NCBI GenBank assembly: GCA_965215885.1
Contig: CBDCEW010000101.1
Span: 1-64,000, forward strand
Reading direction: 5' to 3'
Source of the DNA: Candidatus Moanibacter sp.
GTDB taxonomy: Bacteria; Verrucomicrobiota; Verrucomicrobiia; Opitutales; UBA2987
Length of the DNA stretch: 64,000 nt
The notes below the pieces were generated by a model that worked only from the letters and a program-made list of their open reading frames with translations, searched no databases and was not told where the DNA came from. A program made the position numbers and the translations under genes. Shown in pieces: positions 10,465-22,200 of this stretch; the first letter of the stretch is position 1; the number at the start of each line of letters is the position of its first letter.

Positions 10465-10959
10465 ATAACCCCCTAATCGGCGTCTAACGCCGCCCAAACC
10501 ACTGTTCCTCCACCTTGTGCAATCCCGGCATCGAGATAGGTCAGAGAAGAAACGCGAAACGTCCCAGGAAAAGTCTTGAGAGGTCGATGCCCGCCGTCGA
10601 CATGCGCCTTCTCATACCTCCAAGCCTCTTTCACAGGAAATACACTACGTGTTCAGAGTGCTTCTGGCTCAGACTTTTGGCAATGGAAAGCATCATTACC
10701 ACCAACGAGTTTATCTAATTTTATTTGACGCCAAGATAACGAACCAGGCAATAAAAGACAAGACCGTAACTCGGCCACAAAAGCCCGCTTCTGAAAACTT
10801 GCAATAGATACCAACATGCCTATAATCCCCTACTCGGCGTCTAACGCCGCCCCAAAGCAAATTCCTATCAGTCACCTTCTGTAGCACAGGCGGTTCGCCT
10901 GTGACCAAAAAAAGGCGGAAGCACCGGCCCGAGGCAAGGCTACTTAAAGGAGCATTCAG

Positions 10960-12279
10960 ATGACCCCTTTCAAAGAACCCGAACGCGAAATTCCCGTGGT
11001 GGAACATACCGATGTGGTGGTATGCGGCGGTGGCCCCGCCGGGGTGTGTGCGGCTATTGCCGCGGCTCGGACGGGCGTCCGGACAAGGTTGATTGAAGTG
11101 CACGGCTGTTTGGGCGGGGTGTGGACGGCCGGTGTGTTGAGCTGGATTATTGATTCGGCGGACAAGCCGGGGGTGATGGCCGAGATCACCGGGGAACTGG
11201 AGCGGCGGGGCGCACGGGCGACCCGGGTGCCGGGCGGGAAAAATTTCGCCTACGATGTGGAGGCGATGAAGCTTCTGCTGGAGGAAATGTGCCTGGAGGC
11301 CGGCGTGGAGGCGCGCCTGCACACCCGTGTGGTGGCTGCTGCCCGTGATTCAGAGAACCGGCTGGCGGTGGTGATCACCGAGTCCAAGTCGGGGCGGGAA
11401 GCCTGGGCGGCCAAAGCGTTTGTGGATGCCACGGGCGATGGCGATTTGGGCAAGCTGGCCGGGTGCGGCTTTGACATGGGGCACCCCGAAACGGGCGCGG
11501 TGCAGCCGATGAGCCTGGTCGGCCTGGTAACGGGCATTCGGTTTTCAGAGGTCGAGCCTTTTGTGGGCGGCAGCCTGAACGCGCCCAAGGAGCGCCTTTT
11601 GGCCGAGATGCACCGGGCGGGGGTGTCGCCGTCTTATGCCAAGCCCACGCTGTTTCGCATTCACGAGGAGCTGTTTGCGCTGGTGGCGAACCACCAATAC
11701 GACACCGATGCCACCGATGCCGATGCGGTGACCCGGGCCACACTGGAAGCCCGGCGGGAAGTGCACGGTCTGGTGGCGGGCCTTCGGTCGCTCGGCGGCG
11801 TGTGGCAAGGTCTCAGGCTTGTTGCCACCGGCAACCAGATTGGGGTGCGGGAAGCGCGCCGGGTATACGGGCGCTACACGGTGTCGCGAGAAGATTTGCT
11901 CACCGGGGCCTGTCACGACGATGCGGTGTGCCGGGTGACGATGGGCATTGACGTGCATTCCACCAACGAAGCGAAAACCCGGGGCATTGAATCCAAGCCG
12001 TTTAAATCCAGGCCCTACGACATTCCGCTCCGGGCGCTGATTGCAAAAGACGTGGACGGGCTGCTTCTGGCCGGCCGGTGCATCAGCGGCGATTTCCTGG
12101 CCCACTCCAGCTACCGGGTCACGGGCAATGCGGCGGCCATGGGCCAGGCGGCGGGCGCGACGGCAGCGCTTTGTGTAAAGCTGGATCTGATGCCCCATGA
12201 GGTGCCCTGGGACGGGGTGTCACAGGCACTGGTGGTGTTGAATGGGCAAGGAGAAACCGAATCGGTGCCCGCCGATTGA
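10960..12279 (+). CDS. FAD-dependent oxidoreductase (PF12831-like)
   Basis: DVVVCGGGPAG, DATGDGDL, GVREARR, YDIPLRAL, AGRCISGD; RBS AAGGAG. Confidence 0.92.
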   Translation: MTPFKEPEREIPVVEHTDVVVCGGGPAGVCAAIAAARTGVRTRLIEVHGCLGGVWTAGVLSWIIDSADKPGVMAEITGELERRGARATRVPGGKNFAYDVEAMKLLLEEMCLEAGVEARLHTRVVAAARDSENRLAVVITESKSGREAWAAKAFVDATGDGDLGKLAGCGFDMGHPETGAVQPMSLVGLVTGIRFSEVEPFVGGSLNAPKERLLAEMHRAGVSPSYAKPTLFRIHEELFALVANHQYDTDATDADAVTRATLEARREVHGLVAGLRSLGGVWQGLRLVATGNQIGVREARRVYGRYTVSREDLLTGACHDDAVCRVTMGIDVHSTNEAKTRGIESKPFKSRPYDIPLRALIAKDVDGLLLAGRCISGDFLAHSSYRVTGNAAAMGQAAGATAALCVKLDLMPHEVPWDGVSQALVVLNGQGETESVPAD

Positions 12280-12282
12280 GCG

Positions 12283-12437
12283 CTGTTACCCGGCCAATGC
12301 CTTCGTCGCGGGTGAGGATCCAGCCGATGGGTTTGCACAGGTCCAGGGGCGCATCGTGGATGTCCACTGCAAGGACGCCACGCTCGATGATGCTGAAACC
12401 GGCCTGACTTCCTGGGCGCGCATCGGCGACGGCCAGA
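12283..12437 (+). pseudogene. Fragment of a sugar-phosphate isomerase/epimerase (TIM barrel)
   Basis: PANAFVAGED...IVDVHCKDA...RIGDG pattern typical of the C-terminal part of this family. Confidence 0.5.
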
Positions 12438-12603
12438 AAGGCATGACCCTGGTTCGAGGGTTCGTCAGTGTCCGCCACCCAGCTCTGCACGCCGCTCATC
12501 ATCGCCGCACCATCAATCTGTTTGCAGCGAACCATTTCTCTATCAATTGTTGTCGTGGATAATCCATAGACCCTGAGCAATACACAGCCACAATCCTGAA
12601 CGA

Positions 12604-13749
12604 ATGACACGGATCGTCCTCAGCACCCTGCTAACCCTGATCTCCGCCCATTCACTAGCCGCGGATCAAGGGGAAACGATCCATGTTCACCCCGGGAAGA
12701 GCATCCAAGCCGCCCTGGAACGCGCCGCGGAAGAGGGTATAGGGAGAGTGATCGTGCACGCCGGCACCTATCGTCCGCCCTCTCCACGGCAGGCCATGAT
12801 CTGGTTCAACGCACGCCACAACGGCATCACCCTCGAGGCAAAGGGAGAGGTAATTCTGACGGCCGCCAATCCCGACCTGGCGGATCCGTCCGCGCCCAGT
12901 TATCCGGCGATCGTCAACCACGTGGTCTACTTTGGCGACGGCGTCAGCTCACGGACGACCCTGCGGGGATTCAAAATCACGGGGGCGAATAACTTTGTAA
13001 CCAGGTCGAGGGAACCTGAAATACAGCCCGAAATCGCCGAAGAGAAACTCAATAAGACGCTTTTCTTCTATACCGACGGCGGCGCCATAAAAATCTTCGG
13101 TCGGTCCTATCCCACCTTGGAGAATCTCGAAATCTACGACAATTACTCGAGCCCTTGCGGCGCCGGCGTGTCGGTCGAACACCGTGGGTTTCTGCAGGGG
13201 GCGGTGACAATCCGAAACTGCATCTTCCGCAATAATCGCGTTCCCGTAACGGGAGCGGCGATCGATCTTCTCGATCATGAATTGGGGAGTTCAGCGGTCA
13301 TTCAGAACTGCCTCTTTGTTGGGAATCTCTCCAACTGTCCAATGGATGAGATCAGTCGGGAAACGGGATCGCCCAAACCAAAAGCGGGACACGGAGCTTT
13401 GACCGTTTTCCCATACTCCCAGGCCACAGTCAAACGATCCACCTTCGTCGGCAATCGAAACGGGGTCGACGACGAAGGCCCCGAAAGCGTCTACTCACGC
13501 TGTATCTTCTGGGAAAACACCGCTCCCGGGGGTTGGCAATCGGGTCCGCGATATGAGACGGATATTAAGAACGGACAAGGGGTGTCCGACTGTTTCATCG
13601 GGGGCGTCGTCGTTGATGAGCGAGGCGATATCAGCCCCGATCAAAACACTCTTCATCCCAAGGACCCTCTTTTCGACGATTCTTATGATCCCCTGAACAA
13701 ATCTTACCGCGACGTGGGCTATCGAAGCGAGGCTGCGCCTGCGAACTGA
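12604..13749 (+). CDS. Secreted right-handed parallel beta-helix protein (DUF1565/pectin-lyase-like fold)
   Basis: Signal peptide; SIQAAL..A, VHAGTY, LRGFKITG, GGAI, NCIFRNN, NCLFVGN. Confidence 0.8.
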   Translation: MTRIVLSTLLTLISAHSLAADQGETIHVHPGKSIQAALERAAEEGIGRVIVHAGTYRPPSPRQAMIWFNARHNGITLEAKGEVILTAANPDLADPSAPSYPAIVNHVVYFGDGVSSRTTLRGFKITGANNFVTRSREPEIQPEIAEEKLNKTLFFYTDGGAIKIFGRSYPTLENLEIYDNYSSPCGAGVSVEHRGFLQGAVTIRNCIFRNNRVPVTGAAIDLLDHELGSSAVIQNCLFVGNLSNCPMDEISRETGSPKPKAGHGALTVFPYSQATVKRSTFVGNRNGVDDEGPESVYSRCIFWENTAPGGWQSGPRYETDIKNGQGVSDCFIGGVVVDERGDISPDQNTLHPKDPLFDDSYDPLNKSYRDVGYRSEAAPAN

Positions 13750-13837
13750 CTAAACCCGTCACGGGTGTGGTGACTGGAAGCCAGGCAAGGGCGGGAAGAT
13801 GGGGATGAAGTGATAACTCGGAAATTCCCTGGAGCTC

Positions 13838-13884
13838 GCGACCAAGGTTTCGACAAAGCTTACGACGAAGCTCGCGACAAAGGT
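13838..13884 (+). repeat. 12-bp-period CGACRAAGNTNN tandem motif, member of a dispersed family
   Basis: cgaccaaggttt cgacaaagctta cgacgaagctcg cgacaaagg; related runs near 18776, 22480-22730, 26477, 27130-27250, 37445, 38335, 40620, 41660, 42519 and 42667. Confidence 0.85.
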
Positions 13885-14081
13885 GTGGTTGCGTCGCGCA
13901 CACCAAATCTTCCGGTCACTGAACACTTCCGCACCCACTTCCTCCTCCCACCTCTTCCCGTTCGTCACGGCATTCCGGGACGAGGAATTACCGAGTTCAA
14001 AGACTCTCGAACAACCTCCCTATTCGTGGACGAGGAACAAGATTGCTGAATAATCGGAGGGCTATTAGCCTCCGTATAAAT

Positions 14082-17000
14082 ATGAATCGAAAGTCAACTG
14101 CCAACGAGTCCCGGCATCGCCACTTTGCATCCGCTCTCCGGACTCAGTCATATACGCTTTTGCTTCTCGGATTCAGTGCCCTGGCTCTCTGCGGGGAGAG
14201 CGGCGAAATCACCTCCCGGCCGCTCGCTTCGAGAGACGCCGGCGTTCACCACCATCGCCTATTCTCTCTCCTGCCGCCCGCGGTGACAAACATCACCGCC
14301 GACAACCGCTACGACGACGAGAGGATCTGGCAGTGGGAAGAACTGTTTCTCGAATTCACGATGAGCTCGATCGGTAGCGGCTTGTGCGTGGGCGACTATG
14401 ACCAGGACGGTCGTCCCGATATCTACGCGGTTGGAAAGATGAGTGAAAACAAGCTCTACCGGCAGACCGCTGACTTCGTCTTCGAAGACGTTACGGAAAA
14501 AGCGGGTGTTCAAGGCGGCGAAACCTGGGGCGCGGGAGCGACCTTCGCGGACGTGGACAACGACGGGGACCTGGACCTGTATGTCTGCCAGGTCCGGGCG
14601 CGGGATATCCTCTACATCAACGAGGGCGACGGCACCTTCCGGGACGCGACCCTGGAGTATGGACTTGACCTGATCGCGGGAAGTGTCACGGCCTCTTTTG
14701 CCGATTACGACCGCGACGGCGACCTGGATTTCTACCTGGTTACAAATATCAACGAATACAGGGCGGAGCCTAACGGCGGTCGGGATTATCTCTACCGCAA
14801 TAATGGAGACGGCTCGTTTTCAGAGGTTTCCGTAGCGGCGGGAATTTCCCGCCAGGCCGGCTTTGGGCACGCGGCAATCTGGTGGGACTATGATCGCGAC
14901 GGATGGCCGGATCTATACGTCGCCAATGACTACGAACAGGCCGATTTCCTTTACCGCAACAAGGGCGACGGAAGGTTTACCAACGTCATCGGTTCCGCCT
15001 TACCCCATACTCCGTTCTTCTCCATGGGCGCCGATATCGCCGACGTCAATAACGATGGTTGGGTGGACCTTCTTGCAACCGACATGCTGGCGACCACTCA
15101 CTTTAAACAGAAGGTGCAAATGGGCGAGGAACCCAACAACGCCTTCGCCATTTCTCTCCTCCCGACGCCCCAGTACATGCGCAATGCCCTCTATCTGAAT
15201 ACCGGGATCGGGCATTTTCTGGAAGCCGCTTTTCTCGCTGAACTTGCGGCCACGGATTGGACATGGTCTCCCAAGTTTGGCGACTATGACAACGATGGCT
15301 GGGTGGATCTGTTTATAACCAACGGGCAGGTCCGGAACTACATCCACGCCGATGATTTCGAGAGAAATTTCGCGTTATATCAGACAGCATCCGGCGGCCA
15401 GGTTATGGTGGATTCGACGAGGGCCGATCCCGTTCTCAACGAGAAAAATCTTGCCTTCAAAAATTACGGCGACCTCGTCTTCGAGGAGGTCGGCCCGGAG
15501 TGGGGCCTGGATCATTCGGGGGTGAGCGCCGGGAGCGCCCTGGCCGATCTCGACCGGGATGGCGACCTCGATCTCCTCTATTCGAATTTCGACGCTCCCC
15601 TTACCGTCTGCCGGAATAACAGCGCTGAGGGCAATCGCATATTGCTGCAGCTGGTCGGACGAACCAGCAATCGCTTCGGAATCGGCAGCGAGGTGAAGAT
15701 CACGAGCGGGTTGGGCACGCAAGTGCGATACCTCACTCTCGCCACCGGCGTGCAATCCGCGAACGAACCGCTGCTTCATTTTGGATTGGGCGGCGATGAT
15801 GTCATCTCGGAGTTGACCGTTTCATGGCCGAGCGGGAAAAGACAGGTATTCCACGGGCTCGAGGCAAACCGGTTCTACCGCATCACCGAACCGGACGGCC
15901 CAGTTTCGGACGAGCGGGACGGCGAATCCGCGCGATCGTCGAACAACACGCTCTTTGCGAAGTTGAGCGATGAGAACGGGTTCAGTTTTACCCACGCTGA
16001 GACCTGGTTCGACGACTTCAAAAAACAGGCCTTGGTGCCGAGCCAGTTCTCGCAGCTCGGACCCGGTTTGGCCTGGGGTGACCCGGACGGCGACGGCCGT
16101 TACGACCTTTTTGTCACCGGCGCCGCTGGGCAAAAGAGCCGTTTATTTCGCAACAGGGGCGGAGGGGTCTTTAATGAGCCGGATAATGAACAGGCCTGGG
16201 ACGCGCAATCCGTAGGCGAGGACCTCGGCGCCTTGTGGCTGGACGTGGATGGCGACGGCGACGACGATCTCTATGTCGCCGGAGGCAGCAACGAATTCGA
16301 TGAAGACGATCCCAGGATGATCGACCGGATCTATCTCAACGTCGGAAACGGAACTTTCGCCGAAGCTCCCGAAGGCACCTTGCCCGAAATGCGCACCATC
16401 ACGGGCGCAGTGGCGGCGGCCGATTACGATCGGGACGGCGACCTCGACCTCTTCGTCGGCGGGCGGGTGATCGCGGGAAAATACCCGCTCTCTCCGGACA
16501 GTTTTCTGCTCGAGAACCGAGGCGGAAGATTCACCGACGTTACCGATGAATACGCTCCTGAGTTGCGCAAGGCGGGGTTGGTAACCGGAGCGCTATGGAC
16601 CGATGTGGACGATGACGGTCACATCGATCTCATGATCGCCCGCGAGTGGGGGCCGGTCTCGTTTTTCCGGAATACGGGCGATCGCTTTGTCAATGCCACC
16701 GAGGGGTCCGGCCTTGCCCGGCATCTGGGTTGGTGGAACTCGATCGCAGGGTCCGATTTCGACGGGGATGGTGACGTCGACTATGTGGTGTGCAATGTCG
16801 GCTTGAATACAAAGTACCATGCCGCTTCTGGTAAACCGGTAACGCTTTACCACGGCGACATGAACCAGGGCGGTGGCGAGCTTAACCTGGTTGAGGCAAC
16901 CTACGAAGGGGATGTCCTCTATCCGGTTCGCGGAAGGAGTTGCTCTACCGGCGCCATGCCTCTTATCGCGGAGAAGTTCAAGACTTATGCATCCTTCGCC

Positions 17001-17726
17001 GCGGCGTCGATTTTCGATATTTATAAACCGGGAATTCTCGCGGCCTCGAGACAATTAACCGCCAACACGCTTTCGACCGGAATCCTGATAAATTCCGGGA
17101 ACGGACGGTTCGAATTCAAGCCCCTTCCCAGAATGGCCCAGTTGTCGCCTGGATACGGCGTCGCCGCCCAGGATTTCAATGGCGATGGGAACTCCGACAT
17201 CTGCTTTGTGCAGAACTTCTTCGGCCCCCAGGTTGAGACCGGACGTTTCGATGGCGGCCTCGGACTCCTGCTTCTGGGCGATGGGAAAGGGGCCTTCCAG
17301 GCCATGCCGGCCCGCCACAGCGGGTTTTTCGTGCCGGGCGACGCAAAGGCACTGACCGTCTGCGACCTCAATGAGGATGGCTGGCCCGATTTCGTCGTCG
17401 CCCGCAATAATGATTCGCTGTTGGCCTTCGTCAACCGGCACGAATCGGGTAACCAATCATTTTCTGTCAAGCTCATCGGGGAGAACGGAAACAGGGACGC
17501 GATCGGCGGAAGAATCACGGTGCATTACCGTAGCGGGAAGCAGGCATCTGCTGAACTGTCCGCCGGTTCCGGATACCTGTCCCAATCTCAACCGCTGATT
17601 TTCTTTGGCTACCGCTCCGATAACGTTCCCACGACCATCGAAGTACGTTGGCCCGATGGTGAGGTGACGGAACACTTGTGGGATTCGGGGAAGAGGATGA
17701 TTGAGATTAGCCGTCAATCCCGCTGA
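14082..17726 (+). CDS. Large FG-GAP/VCBS-repeat protein, CRTAC1-like, with two ASPIC-UnbV-like domains
   Basis: Many D.D.DG..DL repeats; SNRFGIG..V...LHFGLG...WPSG and NRDAIG...GSGYLSQ...FG...WPDG; N-terminal hydrophobic segment. Confidence 0.9.
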   Translation: MNRKSTANESRHRHFASALRTQSYTLLLLGFSALALCGESGEITSRPLASRDAGVHHHRLFSLLPPAVTNITADNRYDDERIWQWEELFLEFTMSSIGSGLCVGDYDQDGRPDIYAVGKMSENKLYRQTADFVFEDVTEKAGVQGGETWGAGATFADVDNDGDLDLYVCQVRARDILYINEGDGTFRDATLEYGLDLIAGSVTASFADYDRDGDLDFYLVTNINEYRAEPNGGRDYLYRNNGDGSFSEVSVAAGISRQAGFGHAAIWWDYDRDGWPDLYVANDYEQADFLYRNKGDGRFTNVIGSALPHTPFFSMGADIADVNNDGWVDLLATDMLATTHFKQKVQMGEEPNNAFAISLLPTPQYMRNALYLNTGIGHFLEAAFLAELAATDWTWSPKFGDYDNDGWVDLFITNGQVRNYIHADDFERNFALYQTASGGQVMVDSTRADPVLNEKNLAFKNYGDLVFEEVGPEWGLDHSGVSAGSALADLDRDGDLDLLYSNFDAPLTVCRNNSAEGNRILLQLVGRTSNRFGIGSEVKITSGLGTQVRYLTLATGVQSANEPLLHFGLGGDDVISELTVSWPSGKRQVFHGLEANRFYRITEPDGPVSDERDGESARSSNNTLFAKLSDENGFSFTHAETWFDDFKKQALVPSQFSQLGPGLAWGDPDGDGRYDLFVTGAAGQKSRLFRNRGGGVFNEPDNEQAWDAQSVGEDLGALWLDVDGDGDDDLYVAGGSNEFDEDDPRMIDRIYLNVGNGTFAEAPEGTLPEMRTITGAVAAADYDRDGDLDLFVGGRVIAGKYPLSPDSFLLENRGGRFTDVTDEYAPELRKAGLVTGALWTDVDDDGHIDLMIAREWGPVSFFRNTGDRFVNATEGSGLARHLGWWNSIAGSDFDGDGDVDYVVCNVGLNTKYHAASGKPVTLYHGDMNQGGGELNLVEATYEGDVLYPVRGRSCSTGAMPLIAEKFKTYASFAAASIFDIYKPGILAASRQLTANTLSTGILINSGNGRFEFKPLPRMAQLSPGYGVAAQDFNGDGNSDICFVQNFFGPQVETGRFDGGLGLLLLGDGKGAFQAMPARHSGFFVPGDAKALTVCDLNEDGWPDFVVARNNDSLLAFVNRHESGNQSFSVKLIGENGNRDAIGGRITVHYRSGKQASAELSAGSGYLSQSQPLIFFGYRSDNVPTTIEVRWPDGEVTEHLWDSGKRMIEISRQSR

Positions 17727-17819
17727 GCGGGATCGGTTTTCTCCGTGTGTCTATCGTCTAACCCGCGACGACGCTGATTCGAACGGTAAGCACCGTTCCC
17801 GGCGTGCCGGGATAGGAAG

Positions 17820-18590
17820 GTCGCTCTTGCCTTCCGTCGATTTTAGATCACGATTATGATTCACGAGGGGAAGATTGAACTGGTTCCCAGCTCCCATCGT
17901 GATTCCCAATCGTAATCTCCAGTCGATCTTCTCTTCCGTCGATTTTAGATCACGATTAGGATCACGACAGGAAGATTGAATGGGTATCCGCTCTGCAATC
18001 GTGCTCTAGTGTCGATCTTCCCTTCCTTCGATTTTAGATCACGATTAGGATTCACGACAGATAGATCGAACAGGCTCCCACCTCCCATCGTGACTCCCAA
18101 TCGTGATCTCCCATCGATCTTCTCTTCCGTCGATTTTAGATCACGATTATGATCACGACAGGAAGATTGAATGGGTTTCCGCTCTGCAATCGTGCTTTCA
18201 ATCGTGATCTAGTGTCGATCTTCCCTTCCTTCGAATTTAGATCACGATTATGATTCACGACAGGAAGTTCGAATAGCCTTCCCTCTCCCATCGTGATTCC
18301 TAATCGTGATCTCCCATCGATCTTCTGTTCCGTCGATTTTAGATCACGATTATGATTCACGACGAGGAGATCTAACGGATTTCCCTCTCCCATCGTGATT
18401 CATAGTCGTGATCTACCAGTCGATCTTCTTTTCTTTCGATTTTAGATTACGATTATGATTACGAGCGTAGATTCGACCAACTCTCTCTCCCATCGTGGCT
18501 CTCAATCGTGATCTAAGGTCGCTCTTCCATATCTTCGATTGCAGATCAAGACCAGATTCATGACAGATAGATCGAACAGGTCCCCCCTCC
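17820..18590. repeat. Tandem array of 8 imperfect ~102-bp palindromic units
   Basis: CGATTTTAGATCACGATT-type anchor at about 17838, 17940, 18029, 18131, 18232, 18334, 18437 and 18536; most units contain the inverse AATCGTGATCT. Confidence 0.95.
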
Positions 18591-19233
18591 GCGTCCACTG
18601 TCTCGGCGAAGCGGAACGAAGACGGATCCGTATCCCCGCATCTCCGTGTCTCTTCGATCCTCTCCTTTTGTAATACTATCCGTCAGAATTTAGTCTTTTG
18701 AGCAAGTTTCTGCGCAGAAAAGATTGGCACTCAAAGGATTACGATCGACACGTCGTCGCTGCGCTTTGCTGAGATGGACAAGGTTCGCGACGAGGTTACC
18801 CAAGGGAAGTAGGAGTTTCCTTCTGCATTCGCGTCCATCTGCGTCCATCTGCGGTTCTCTTCTTCTTTTTTGGTTGCGGCTATGCTGCACTAGGCTCTCG
18901 GGGACTTCTGAAAAATGGGAAAAACACCCGAATTTCTGTCATAAATCCCCTCCACCGCTGAATGGATATTTAGTTCGATAATTCTCTAATTCGTTAAAAC
19001 TCAATAACTTGTGAAATTTCCACGAAGTCAGGATTTTTTTCAAAAATATGCTTTTTCGGTTGACTTTCGGGTTCACTGGGAAAGGATCTCCGTTACTCCT
19101 TCTTGACTCCATTCTAACTCCAGTTTGTAAGAACCTCCCTTTTCGTTCCACTCCACTATTCCAACGAACCTCTCTACCTCTGCGATTTTTTTCTTTCGAA
19201 TCGATTCGGCCATTTAACGAACCCATAACAAAT

Positions 19234-22200
19234 ATGAATGCACAAAAGAACCATTCCACCACACCATTCTGGAGATCACTTATTTCCATCCTCTCAGCTT
19301 CGGCCCTCCTTCTGCCGGCTACACTGGCGGGACAGGAAGAAGCCACCGAGGAAGAAGAATCGGAAGAAATCCTCGAATTGAGCCCCTTCCAGGTCGATGA
19401 ACGCCGTGTCACCGGTTACGAGGCGACGGACACTCTCTCCGGCTCGCGAATCCGCAGCGATCTCATTGACATTGCATCTTCCATCTCGGTCGTTACGGAA
19501 CAGTTTCTGGAGGATACGTCATCTGTCGGAGCCACGGATGTCTTCGATTACATGGCGAACACGGAGGGGGCAAACCAGTTCGCGGCCGCCGAGGGATTGG
19601 GCGGCGGGTTTCCCAATGAAAATGGCCTCAAGAGGGGCGCAAATCGGGCGCGGTCTTTACGCATACGCGGACTTACAGGTCCCGATAACTCAAGGAACCT
19701 GCAGCTGGCCGACCGTGAACTCTCCTTTGATTCCTACAATACGGAACGCCTTGATATCAATCGCGGTCCTAATTCGATTCTCTACGGAGCGGGAAGCCCG
19801 GCAGGCATCCTCAATCACCAGACGAAGCAGGCCCGTTTTCATGAAAACTCCGGCCAGTTAAAAATCCGCTTCGGAGAGTACGATGATTTTCGGGCTTCCT
19901 TCGACTACAATCGCGTCATTGCCGGGAAGGACGGAGACGGTCAGCAGCTCGCCATCCGGTTGGCCGGGTTGTACAGCGACAAGGGTTACCGGCAGCAACC
20001 GTCGCACGAGTATGATCGGAGATTCTACGGCACCGTTGCCTGGAAACCCTTTTCGTCGACCCTGATCCAGTTTAATTACGAGAAAATAGATATCAACGCC
20101 GCTTACCCCAATGCCATTCCTCCGGGAGACGGCATTACTCCCTGGATCGCAGCCGGGAGACCGTTGTGGAATTCGTCGGTCGACGAGGGGAGCCCGGCCT
20201 CTGTGGACGGTCTCGGGGTCTGTTGCCCGAATCCAAGCGGCGGAAGGTCAATGTATCACTTCTTTGAACCGGGCCAGCAACAGCCCTTTTTCACGCATCA
20301 GATATCGAGCGGCGACCCCGGTACGAATGGGTCCGGTACTTTCCGACTGGCAGGTTCCTCGACTCCTTTTCCTGGTTTCTCGTCACCCCTCAGGATCACC
20401 GATCCCAACCTGTTCAACTTTTACGATATCAATTTGACACCTGACGGTAGGAGCGATCTCGCGGCGGATGTTTATGAGCTCACGCTTGATCAGGATGTCG
20501 GGGAAAATCTATCTTTTCAGTTTTCCTACTACAGGGAAAGTATTGACACTGAAGGTGGTCTGTTTGCAACCGGCCGCGACTATAAAATCCTGGTTGACAC
20601 GAATTCGCACTATTTGGACGGCTCTCCCAACCCCCACGTAGGCCGCCCTTATGTACAGTCCGCAGTTGCATTAGAAACCCCTTTTGGATTCAGGGACAGG
20701 GAGTCGTATCGGGTCACCGGAACTTACGAATTGGACCTGACCGAGACAAACAGGTGGCTCGGCAGCCATAGGCTTGTCGGGCTCTTTCAGGACCGGTGGA
20801 CCGACTCCTATAGCTTTTCAAATGACTCCCGGGAACTGGCCCCATACCTCACCCCCACCCCCAGGAGCGGACAGGGCATCGCGGGTCGCTGGCAATATCT
20901 CGGTCCGGATGTGAACAGCATACCGGATAGCCTGGATTTAAGGATAGGGAATGGACCCCTTCAAACGTCGAACGTTCTCTACTATGACATCAATACCGAG
21001 ACCTGGCAGACGGATACCACCGGATTTGAGAGCTTTGTCTACCCGGAGGCTATCAACAGGTCACGGGACGATTTTAAGACCTATTCGTTCATCGTGCAGA
21101 GTGAAATGGATCTGCCCTTGCTGGACCGAGCCGTAGTTACCTTTGGCTGGAGGCAGGACGAATCAGCGAGCCGCGGCGGTGTTAATGGTGGGAATATAAC
21201 CTACGACGGACCCCGTCCTCTAACCGATTTCGCCACCCTTGCAGAACTCTCAGACCCCGTGACTCCGCCGGCACGTACCACGCAGACCCTGGGGATAGTC
21301 GGTCATGTGCTACCGTGGTTGAGTGTCCACTGGAGCGATTCCGAAAACTTCAGCCCAGGAGGCGAGGCCTTCAATATCTTTGGCGAAGACGTTGGATCGC
21401 CGCTCGGCGATGGAAGGGACTACGGCTTCTCCATGCGATTGTTGGACAAGAAGGTTTCTTTGAAAGTCAACTGGTTCGAAACAACGCAATTGAATAACAG
21501 GGTCGGACGCACGGTCACCGTGGCCTACTGGCGGGGATGGTTTTTCGAGGTTGAAGAATTGCCCCGCGTGGTACAAGCGCTTACCGATGCCGGGAAATCG
21601 ACACAAGTGTTCGAACCCTTGACGGCAAGGGGCGTAGATTGGTGCTGCCCAACGGCGCGTCCGTCACCCAGGAGTCTCGTCACCTCGAGCGGAAACCTCG
21701 CCGCTAAGGGCGTGGAGATTGAACTCACTGCCAATCCCACCCCCAATTGGACGCTACTCTTTAACCTCGCGCGCCAGGAAACCGTGGAGAGCGATATCGC
21801 CGGCGGTATTGTAAGATGGATCGACACGCTCCAGCCCTACTATGAGACCCTCGACGTCTGGACCAGCACGGAACCGGAGGCCCTCAATATCTGGACCGGA
21901 GCAACGCAAAAAGAGGCCTGGACCAGCCTTATTCTCGGACGGACCGGCAGCGCCACCGTCAGGGAGGGCGCGCGCAGCACGGAGCAGCGGGAATGGCGGG
22001 CAAACTTTGTAACCAATTACCGCTTCAACGAAGGCGGCCTGAAAGGATTCAATGTTGGCGGCGGGTTACGCTATGAGAGTGAAGCGGCGATCGGGTATCG
22101 CGTCGAGGAAACCGCTGAGGGTATCCCGTTTTTCGTTGCCGACAATCCATTTACGGATGACGGCACTTTCGATCTTGATCTCTGGTTCGGATATACCCGA

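Noticed and set aside
7149..10872. Integron attC sites (GTTAGAC cores)
   Set aside because: No paired R''/L boxes found, and sequence on both sides of the core is conserved among copies, unlike cassette junctions.
17820..18590. CRISPR array
   Set aside because: The whole ~102-bp unit is homologous between copies, there are no unique spacers, and no cas genes are present.
18136..18598. 34-aa repeat protein (TPR/TALE-like period) on the minus strand
   Set aside because: Indels break the frame in several units, the sequence does not resemble TPR or TALE, and the DNA palindrome explains the conservation.
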